Source: Octopus bimaculoides (lineage: Eukaryota). From it: a stretch of 64,000 nt of DNA. The notes beneath the pieces were generated by a model. That model was not told the DNA's origin. It saw only the letters and a list, made by a program, of their open reading frames with translations, and made no database searches. Below, piece after piece: positions 63,052 through 64,000 of the stretch. The number at the start of each line of letters is the position of its first letter. Positions within the stretch are counted from its first letter, which is position 1. The translations under genes and the position numbers were made by a program. The stretch is from assembly GCF_001194135.2 (NCBI RefSeq), contig NC_068987.1:3415712-3479711 (forward strand). The letters run 5' to 3'.

Positions 63052-63359
63052 CTCGAGAATTGTGGTGAGTTATCAAAGACATCTGCCGACATATCTAACA
63101 GAAGGTGGTTGTGAAGAGAGAAAGAGACTCCATTCTTTGCTACATTCCACTTTTGTTGTATTACTAGTATCATATTTACAAGTCATTTACCTACGTGCAG
63201 CCAGCCTCCTATTGGCACCCGAATGACACATTTAGTGGGGATGGATTTCAGGAAGAATGCCTTATGTANNNNNNNNNNTATGTACTTTGGCTTTATAGCT
63301 AAAATGACTAGATTTGGTGATACAAACAAAAAAAAAAAAAAATAGAACTCAAAAAATAA

Positions 63360-63730
63360 GTAGGCATGGCTGTGTGGTAAGAAGCTTGCTTCCCAACCAC
63401 ATGGTTCCAGGTTCAGTCCTACTGTGTTGCACCTTGGACAAGTGTCTTCTACTATAGCCTCGGGCCGACCAAAGCCTTGTGAGTGGATTTGGTTGACAGA
63501 AATATATATATATATGTATGTATTTGTTGGTCTATGTTTGTCCCTCCCCACCATCGCTTGACACCAATGTTGGTGTGTTTACATCTCTGTAACTTAGCGG
63601 TTTGGCAAAGAAGACCGATAGAATAAGTACTAGGCTTACAGAAAATAAGTCCTGGAGGTCGATTTATTCGACTAAAGGCAGTACTCCAGCATGGTCGCAG
63701 TCACATGACTGAAACAAGTAAAAGAATAAA
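63360..63730 (+). mobile_element. SINE family A
   Basis: near full-length copy. Confidence 0.8.
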
Positions 63731-64000
63731 AAAGCGTCTTTCTCATCTTTAAACATCTGCCCCCACCCGAGTGTGGTCAATGTCAGTGGCCCCTGACTGG
63801 CTCCTGTGCCAGTGGAACTTAAAAGCACCATCCGAATGTGGTCGATGCCAGTGTCCCCTGATTGGCACCCATGCTGGTGGCACATAAAAAGCACCACCTG
63901 AATGTTGCCTTTTATCAGGGTCAATGAAGTACCAGTCAAATACTGGGGTCCATGTAATAGACTTGTCCCTTCCTCCCAAAATATCTGTCAAATGTAAATA

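Overview
AT-rich eukaryotic genomic DNA with several assembly gaps. The SINE families and gene structure suggest an Octopus (coleoid cephalopod) genome; this is an inference. Three spliced protein-coding genes can be reconstructed by hand. (1) On +, an MBTD1/L3MBTL2/dSfmbt-type Polycomb reader (FCS zinc finger plus 4 MBT repeats), exons about 5140-34854, with start and stop exons uncertain. (2) On -, GTPBP8 (EngB/YihA-family GTPase), CDS 45037->38560 in 6 coding exons, with the P-loop exon cut by a gap. (3) On +, the first two coding exons of ATG13 (HORMA domain), 55064-60360, continuing beyond the window. Introns and intergenic DNA are filled with tRNA-derived SINEs, hAT and mariner MITEs, fold-backs, TTAGGG arrays and decayed LINE pieces. 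The most unusual signal is a ~255-bp element with a tRNA-like Pol III head and a Penelope-type minimal hammerhead ribozyme in its 3' part. It occurs twice in MBTD1 introns, each time as a head-to-head inverted dimer flanked by an 11- or 13-bp target-site duplication. The only intact ribozyme core is antisense to the host gene.
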